NCBI GenBank assembly: GCA_035625205.1
Contig: DASPQB010000113.1
Span: 13,078 to 77,077, forward strand
Length of the DNA: 64,000 nucleotides
Origin: Nitrospirota bacterium
GTDB lineage: Bacteria > Nitrospirota > UBA9217
Direction of reading: 5' to 3'
The position numbers and the translations under genes were made by a program. Shown here one piece after another: positions 57,189 to 64,000 of the stretch; position 1 is the stretch's first letter, and each line of letters starts with the position of its first letter. The notes under the pieces were generated by a model, which was given only the letters and a program-made list of their open reading frames with translations, was not told where the DNA came from and made no database searches.

Positions 57189-58043
57189 ATGGCAAAGGCA
57201 ATCCACCCAGAAAAAAGTTCTAACTGCCGGAATGACAACGCTAACGGACCGGCCAAGGCATGCAGGAATGATGGAGTTGTAATAGACTGTAAGATCGATG
57301 AACTTTACTACAGCACCTTTAAAGCCGTCCGTGATACGTCTATCCCGGTAAGCAAGAATAAAATCACGGCCTTCATCGGACCGTCAGGGTGCGGGAAAAG
57401 TACGGTTTTGCGCTGCCTGAACAGGATGAACGACCTGGTGCGGGGTTTCCGGTTCAAAGGCCACGTGCACTTCCTCGGCAAGGATATCTATCACCCTTCT
57501 GTAGATGCAACAGCCGTACGACGCTTTATCGGCATGGTATTTCAACAGCCTAACCCATTCGCCATGAGCATTTATAATAACGTCGCATTCGGCTTGAGGT
57601 TGAATAGTTATAGAGGACCAGTGGCCGAGAGGGTCGAAGATGCTTTGAAACGTGCCGCGCTGTGGGATGAGGTCAAGGACAAGCTGCACAAGAGCGGCCT
57701 TTCACTGTCCGGCGGGCAACAGCAGCGACTCTGCATTGCGAGGGCCATAGCCACAGAGCCGGAGGTCCTGCTCATGGATGAGCCGTGCTCCGCTCTCGAC
57801 CCTATCGCCACACGCAAGATCGAAGAACTCATGGTGGAACTCAAGACACGCTACACGATTGCCATTGTTACCCATAATCTGCAGCAGGCGCAGCGTGTCG
57901 CCGACAACACCGCTTTCCTGTACGTAGACACCTCGGGCGGTGGCAGGTGCGGATACCTTGTCGAGTTCGGTGAGTCGAAGCAGGTATTTAGTGAACCCAG
58001 AGAACAGTACACCAAAGACTACATCAGCGGTCAGTTCAGCTAA
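57189..58043 (+). CDS. pstB: Phosphate ABC transporter ATP-binding protein.
   Basis: Walker [10 protein letters not shown], signature LSGGQQQRL, Walker B LLMDEP. PstB-typical 284 aa. Confidence 0.9.
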   Translation: MAKAIHPEKSSNCRNDNANGPAKACRNDGVVIDCKIDELYYSTFKAVRDTSIPVSKNKITAFIGPSGCGKSTVLRCLNRMNDLVRGFRFKGHVHFLGKDIYHPSVDATAVRRFIGMVFQQPNPFAMSIYNNVAFGLRLNSYRGPVAERVEDALKRAALWDEVKDKLHKSGLSLSGGQQQRLCIARAIATEPEVLLMDEPCSALDPIATRKIEELMVELKTRYTIAIVTHNLQQAQRVADNTAFLYVDTSGGGRCGYLVEFGESKQVFSEPREQYTKDYISGQFS

Positions 58044-58154
58044 CGACATCGTGCCGATTTCGCGAAGCACTGTCAGGTGTACATTCCAGGTCTACGGCTC
58101 ACGGTCAATGCTCACAGAAGTGGGGCTCCCCATTATCCACAGAGAGAAAATATT

Positions 58155-59261
58155 ATGCGAATTTACAAAGCAATCCATGTGGCATTGAGAGGTACTGCTT
58201 CTTTTTTGGCATTGATCGTTCTTCTGGGAAGTGTCCAGGGTTGTTCTTTGCAAGATGGCAGGGAGAAAAAGGTCGAATCGCCTCCCGGCAGTGTTCTTTT
58301 GCGCGGGGCCGGAGCTACCTTCCCCTCGCCGCTCTACAAACGCTGGTTTGATGTCTACCGCGAGAACCAGCCCAAGACCATCATTACCTACGACAGCGTG
58401 GGCAGTGGAGAAGGCATCCGGCGGTTCATCGGAAAGAACGTCAAAGAGGAGGAGTTAGTGGATTTCGGAGCCAGCGACGCCGCGATGAGTGACGAGGATA
58501 TCGCAAAGGTCCAAAACAGCGTGGTGTTGCTGCCCTTTACAGCCGGCAGCGTAGTACTCGCCTACAACCTCCCCCACATGGACGTTGATCTCAAGCTCTC
58601 GCGAAAGGCTTATGCCGGCATATTCCAGGGTGATATCAAGAAATGGAACGACCCTGCAATCGCAAAAACCAATCCGGGTGTGAAGCTTCCGAATTTATCT
58701 ATCGCGACCGTTGTGCGTCAGGATAGCAGCGGCACAACTTATGCGTTCACGAAACACCTCGATGCCATAAGTGAAAAGTGGCGCGCAGAGCATGGTCCAG
58801 CTACTCTGCTAAATTGGCCCGGCAACGCAATGCGGGCAAAGGGTAATGAGGGTGTTGCCGCTCGCATCAGCCAGTCAATCGGCTCTATCGGCTATGTCAG
58901 CAATGAGTTCGCCCGCAAGCTGGGGCTGAAGTTGGCAGTGCTTGAGAACAGGGAAGGGAATTTCGTCAAGCCGACGGAGCAGAGCTGCACAGCGGCGTTG
59001 GCTACCGCAGAGATGCCTGAGAACCTGAGAGTCTTTGTGCCGGATCCCTCGGGGCAGGATGCTTACCCGATCGTCACCTTTAGCTGGATCCTGCTCTACA
59101 AAAACTATACGGACGCTGAAAAGGCAAAGTCTATACGTACCCTGTTCCAGTGGTGCCTGCTGGATGGTCAGAAATACGCCCCTCAACTTGGATACGTCCC
59201 GCTGCCGGCGAAAGTCACTGATAGAATCCTGGCAGCACTCAATGCTGTCGGGCCGCGGTAG
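58155..59261 (+). CDS. pstS: Second phosphate-binding protein paralogue (lipoprotein).
   Basis: ATG 58155. Lipobox LLGSVQGCS. GAGATFPSPLYKRWFDVY..YDSVGSGEG..DFGASDAAM. Confidence 0.85.
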   Translation: MRIYKAIHVALRGTASFLALIVLLGSVQGCSLQDGREKKVESPPGSVLLRGAGATFPSPLYKRWFDVYRENQPKTIITYDSVGSGEGIRRFIGKNVKEEELVDFGASDAAMSDEDIAKVQNSVVLLPFTAGSVVLAYNLPHMDVDLKLSRKAYAGIFQGDIKKWNDPAIAKTNPGVKLPNLSIATVVRQDSSGTTYAFTKHLDAISEKWRAEHGPATLLNWPGNAMRAKGNEGVAARISQSIGSIGYVSNEFARKLGLKLAVLENREGNFVKPTEQSCTAALATAEMPENLRVFVPDPSGQDAYPIVTFSWILLYKNYTDAEKAKSIRTLFQWCLLDGQKYAPQLGYVPLPAKVTDRILAALNAVGPR

Positions 59262-59733
59262 CACCACGTGGACCTACCCTCTCGCGACTTTCAGGAAAGA
59301 CGCTGGAGGAAGTGTGACCCCATTCGCCTAATGCCCTCCAGAGCCGGTTACGCAATAACTGTTGAGCGTGATAGTGACCTTCCCGTGCCTGCTTTCTTAC
59401 ATCAGCCACTCTTTTCCAAAATAGATTTGTCGTAGACAGCATTTTTACCGTGGTGAATAGTCTTCAACCAGGAACATTCCTAACCATGTTACTAAGCTGC
59501 TATTTTTCAACGTTGCGTGCACATCCGACTGTATTACTGCCCAATCCAGCGAGTTCATCCGTTTTGAACAGCACCTGATGTTTAGGGGGAACCCGTTTTC
59601 AATCAACACAGGTTACCGTTGCAAGCCAATAACATATCTTGTCCGAAAAAGGGATTTGGCGCTTTTTTTGGACAGCAATGAAAATACGTGATAACATATA
59701 GTGCTCCAGTTGATATAGCTATCAGGTGAACTA

Positions 59734-60708
59734 ATGGTGCGAAACCCGATTGATATAAAGGAAATCATTCAGGATCAGACACTTTACGCAGCGGCTGATC
59801 TCGGGTCCAATAGTTTTCATATGATTATAACACGATGCACCAATGACCAGTTTGCCGTAATAGACAAGGCCAGAGTAGTAGTGCGGCTCGCGGACGGCAT
59901 TATCAAAGGAAACGGCCTTGAGATCGGGACTCAGGAGCGTGCATTTGAGGCACTCCGTCATTTTCGGGAACTCCTGAGAAGAGTACCTTCATTCAATATC
60001 CGCGCTGTCGGCACCAGCGCTCTACGTCAGCTCTCTGAACAGAAAAACTTTCTCACCGCTGCCGGCGATATCCTCGGTCTTCCTATTGAAATAATCACGG
60101 GGATGGAGGAAGCGCGTCTTATCAACCTTGGAGTCTCCGGTACCATGAAAAGCCAGGGTGCTGCCCGGTTGATTGTGGATATCGGCGGCGGCAGTACTGA
60201 GATTATCGTCGCAAAAGACACGACCATTCTTGTGGCTGAGAGTCTGTCGATGGGCTGTGTGACCTTCAGCAAGTGTTTCTTCCCGAACGCAACGATATCA
60301 CGGAGACGATTTGGTCAGGCTCAGGCTGCAGCCGGTAATTTGCTGGAGACGGTCATGGACAGTTTCCGTGGTGTTGCATGGCTCGATGTCATCGGCACCT
60401 CCGGCACAATCAAGACGACGAGAAAAGTTATCAATTATCAGGGAGGGGGCGGCAAAGAGATCAGTAGTGTTTCGCTGGACAGCTTGATCGAGAGGGTAGT
60501 CAGTGCCGGCAGAGTAGACAACCTTCTTACGATCGGGGGTCTCGCAGAGGACCGGGCACCGGTCTTTCCCGGAGGACTTGCGATTCTGAAAAGCATTATG
60601 GACCGCTTTGCTATTAAAAGCATGAAAGTTTCAAAAATGGCCATGCGAGAGGGGATTATCTTTGACCTTCTGCGCAAAAAGACACCAGAACGTTTTGTGA
60701 GTCGTTAG
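59734..60708 (+). CDS. ppx: Ppx/GppA-family phosphatase (exopolyphosphatase-like, two actin-fold domains only).
   Basis: ..AAADLGSNSFHMIITR...DIGGGSTEI.. are the hallmark motifs. 324 aa. Confidence 0.85.
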   Translation: MVRNPIDIKEIIQDQTLYAAADLGSNSFHMIITRCTNDQFAVIDKARVVVRLADGIIKGNGLEIGTQERAFEALRHFRELLRRVPSFNIRAVGTSALRQLSEQKNFLTAAGDILGLPIEIITGMEEARLINLGVSGTMKSQGAARLIVDIGGGSTEIIVAKDTTILVAESLSMGCVTFSKCFFPNATISRRRFGQAQAAAGNLLETVMDSFRGVAWLDVIGTSGTIKTTRKVINYQGGGGKEISSVSLDSLIERVVSAGRVDNLLTIGGLAEDRAPVFPGGLAILKSIMDRFAIKSMKVSKMAMREGIIFDLLRKKTPERFVSR

Positions 60709-62851
60709 GCATCCCCTGCAGTGCGTGAGTATCTCTCCAGGAGGGCAGACTGCGCGGAAAATGATTTTTCCGTTCCCGGTTCGAGTTTTCGGTGCGTTCC
60801 ATCGCTTTGGAGCAGCCAGGCCTGCGAGTTGTCCTTCAGATAATATTCGAGATCTTCAATAAGCCGCTGGCGAAGTTCTGTGCGCTCAACAGGGAAGCAA
60901 GTTTCGACGCGGCGAAAAAAGTTTCGCTCCATCCAATCGGCGCTGCAGCAGAATACCTCCGGTTTTCCGTCGTTATGGAAATACAGCACACGGGTATGCT
61001 CAAGAAAACGCCCGACAACAGAACGTACCGTGATGTTCTCCGATATTCCGGGTATGCCCGGACGCAGGCTGCACGTGCTTCTGATGATAAGCTGTATCCG
61101 TACCCCGGCTTTCGAAGCCCGGTAGAGCGCTTGAATAATCCCCGGTTCAGTGAGATGATTAAGTTTAGCGATAATGCGCGCCGGCTGCCCCTTCTCTGCG
61201 TTTTGCGCTTCACGCTCGATCTTGTTCAGTAAGGCATCATGGAGGGAAAAAGGTGCATCGAAAAGTTTTTTGAGCTTTCCAACTTTACCGAGACTTGTTA
61301 ACTGGAAAAAAAGATGGTGCACATCCTCCGTAATCTCCCTGTCGGACGTAAAGAAGCTGTAGTCAGTATATAACCTGGATGTCCGGGCATGATAGTTGCC
61401 CGTTCCCAAATGCACGTACTTACGTATGTCCCCCTCTTCCCGCCTGACCACGAGGATCATTTTTGCGTGCGTCTTATAGCCTACAACGCCGTAGGTTATA
61501 TGGGCGCCTGCATCTTCAAGCCGGCTTGAAAGCGCAATGTTTGCCTCCTCGTCAAAACGAGCCTTGAGTTCAATGACAACAGTCACCTCTTTACCTGCCC
61601 GCGCAGCAGCGACAAGAGCATCAACGATTGCCGACTCCGGTCCGGTCCGGTACAGGGTCTGCTTAATGGCGAGGACATCCGGGTCACGTGCGGCTTCGGC
61701 GACAAAGTCGATGACTGAGACGAACGACTCAAAGGGGTGATGGAGGAGGATATCCTTTTCCCTTATCCGGTCAAACAGGTTTGTTTTCCTCGCTATTTTC
61801 CGCGGAATCTTGGGCGTAAACGTCTGGTATTTGAGGTCAGGACGGTCCACCAGGTCGTATATTGCCATGAGCCGGTGAAGATTCACCGGACCATCAACCT
61901 GAAAAAGGTCCTCGCCAGTCAAAGCAAATTTGTCGAGGAGGAAGGATATTATGTCAGCTGAACAATTATCAGCCACTTCAAGTCGTACCGCATCTCCATA
62001 CCGGCGGGACAAAAGTTCTCCTTCCAGTGCCCCCCGGAGGTCGGCTATTTCTTCCTCGTCAAGGTAAAGCTCACTGTTTCGCGTCACCCTGAACTGGTAA
62101 CATCCGACCACATCCATCCGCGGGAACAGGTCATCAATGAATTCATGGATTATGGAAGACAAAAACACAAAGTCACAGGGACCGCTCCCCGTCTCATTTT
62201 GCGGCAGTTTAATTACCCGCGGCAGAGACCTCGGCGCCTGAACAACCGCCATGCCGCCTTTTCTGCCAAAAGCGTCTTTCCCTTTGAGGGCCACGATAAA
62301 ATTGAGACCTTTGTTGAGAATACGCGGGAACGGATGTGCCGGATCAAGACCGACCGGGCTCAGGATAGGCATCACATGATTAACGTGGGCTCGCAGCCAT
62401 TCTCGTTGACGGGAAGTCCACTCCATCCTTGGAAGCAACCTGATTCCCTCCCTGGAAAGAGCAGGGACCAACACCTCGTTGAAGACCCGAAACTGCTCGG
62501 CGACCAGTGCGTGAGAGCGAACAGTAATCTCCCTGATTATGTCGGCTGGCGCAATGTTGTCGGCGCCTCGCTGAACCGATCCTGATGCTATTTTCTGCTT
62601 CAGGCCGGCCACTTTTATTTCAAAGAACTCATCATGATTGGTGTCAGTTATGCAGAGGAATTTCAGTCTTTCGAGGAGGGGGTTACCCAAATCGGTCGCC
62701 TGAGCAAGAACTCGGAAGTTGAATTCGAGCTGGCTGAGCTGCCAGTTGATGAATAACTCAGGTCGTCCAAGAGCAGACTCATGGTCCTGAGAGTGCGTCG
62801 TTTTCTTTGATTTCACGATTGTTAGCCTCCTTGGGCTGGAACAGCTTTTCA
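60705..62851 (-). CDS. ppk: Polyphosphate kinase 1.
   Basis: A 715-727-aa ORF with PPK1 N-, H- and two PLD-like C-domains (..FRVLAQATD.., ..HAKMILVVRRE..GTGNYHARTSRLYTDYS.., ..IIRSTCSLRPG..). It is convergent with ppx and overlaps it by 4 nt. Confidence 0.9.
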
Positions 62852-63979
62852 TGACCAGTGCAGGATAGTTGCACCGCAAGCATAGCAAGGATCAGATTCA
62901 TAAGAAAGCGGATTATTGACTGAACGAATCATATGGCATCGGGTAGTATCGCCTGTAAGAAGGCGTGTGAAAGAGCGCTGGTTGCTCTGTCGAGAGCGAA
63001 TCTGGTTTTCGACAACGGGGTATTCATATACCTTTTATAGGCAACAAAATCATGCCGCAACATCATACACGGGACAATATTGTCGCAGCACGTTAAGCTC
63101 TGCAATCGGCTTATCTCCTCTTCACGGCACCATGCAGAAGTCGCGAGAGAGTCGGTTAAGGAGCCGCTGCGGGATGGCGGAACAAAAAGAGATGGGCGCT
63201 GTTAAAATCAACCGGAGATCAGCTTGGTTGCCAGAGATATGTCTTCCGAAGGTCGTCTACCCGCTTTGCTATTTCATTCCAAACAGTGATTCTTGTATAG
63301 CTTCTGCCGAACTAAATGGCATTCGCGTCTGCATTTGCTACATCACGCTCTTGGCTTATACAGGAACGTGAAGAGCTCCGGTTGAAGGAATTCTTCTCTC
63401 ATCAAATCTTGCAGCCCAACCAGGTATTACATCAAGGGAAGCCGTTCCGATCTACCGTGATTCTAGTATCATCGGCACGGAATGAACCTTTATCTGTTTG
63501 ACGGGAGCTTGAAAATACATTAAGAGAATATCATACTTTGCATTTATTGGAAATAATTTACTTATGCGTTCTTCCCTCAAGATTTAAAATTATTCATTAC
63601 TTGCCTACGGTTCATGTTCATAGAGCGCGGCATTTGCTATAGTTGAAAGAGAAGTCATAGGGGAGTTCCTGGCAAAAGAGTGTGCGTAAATGGAACGGCT
63701 ACCACTATAGTTCTACGAGGGATTAAAAAAATTAATCAATTCCTGACAGAACATTTCTAGTCACTCCATAGAATGAGGTATCCAAAACGTCTAGGGTTAG
63801 GGGCGCAGTATATAAATAATACAGGCAACGCGCCCGGTTCTCGAAAAAAAGCAGGCCTGATTTCCCAGAATGAGTATTCCGGAAAATCAAACCAAAAATC
63901 AATAGGAAAAGTTGCCGTGATGCAGTGGCAGCGAAAAAGGACAGCGATGGATGATACCAACATGAGAGGAGGACTGGCC

Positions 63980-64000
63980 ATGGCGAACACACAGACAGAG
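63980..64000 (+). CDS. Start of an unidentified gene running off the window end.
   Basis: A GAGAGGAGG RBS, then ATG GCG AAC ACA CAG ACA GAG. Only 7 codons are visible. Confidence 0.2.

Noticed and set aside
62916-63501. Plus-strand ORFs after ppk1 (62916..63371, 63316..63501) and minus-strand ORFs 63732..63992.
   Set aside because: No RBS, odd composition and mutual overlap. The region is more likely the promoter region for ppk1 and the gene starting at 63980.
1-64000. CRISPR arrays.
   Set aside because: The only regular tandem repeats (9500-11249, 14235-14558) are protein-coding with 138- and 123-bp periods and no spacer-like unique inserts. No 25-40-bp short-repeat arrays were seen.

Overview
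This 64-kb window is bacterial chromosomal DNA. Genes are GC-rich and the spacers between them are long and AT-rich. No phylum can be assigned from the sequence alone.

Coding content supported by translation, in window order:
- A partial HAMP/PAS sensor gene with an adjacent PF04392-type periplasmic binding protein.
- A stand-alone ethanolamine ammonia-lyase pair, eutB and eutC.
- A lipoprotein made of an InlB-B-repeat-like head followed by 12 near-identical YVTN-type 46-aa blades. It is followed by a prepilin-type pilin and a HAMP-only membrane protein.
- A small secreted protein built from three 41-aa tandem repeats.
- Mono- and tetra-haem c-type cytochromes, an NmrA-family protein and an F420-reductase-like protein.
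- A SulP/STAS anion transporter.
- A manganese-uptake-like module: an OprB-family porin, an NRAMP transporter, a 58-aa membrane peptide and a soluble PRC-barrel / MgtE_N / CBS protein.
- Two paralogous OmpR-type regulators around a HAMP histidine kinase, upstream of an HME-type RND efflux operon (adaptor, pump, NodT outer-membrane factor).
- An orphan NitT/TauT-like ABC transporter.
- An LPP20-like secreted protein with Trp/Tyr/His-rich and poly-Lys tails.
- A phosphate supercluster: pstS, pstC, pstA, pstB, a second pstS, ppx, and a convergent ppk1.

Several genes in the window are disrupted:
- An ICMT-family methyltransferase and a CheY-like receiver each carry an in-frame TAG.
- A carboxymuconolactone-decarboxylase-family gene is frameshifted in an A7 homopolymer run.
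- A multi-frameshifted, 5'-truncated Big_2 adhesin gene lies between a 48-nt initiator-tRNA 3' fragment and the N-terminal remnants of a tyrosine integrase. This looks like a decayed integration scar.

No CRISPR array, intact mobile element or recognisable defence operon was found. The candidates most worth follow-up are the porin / NRAMP / PRC-MgtE_N-CBS module, the 12-blade lipoprotein-pilin-HAMP trio, the small secreted repeat proteins, and the integration scar next to an insertion-bearing metallophosphoesterase.

All calls rest on reading the translations by eye. No database searches were run.
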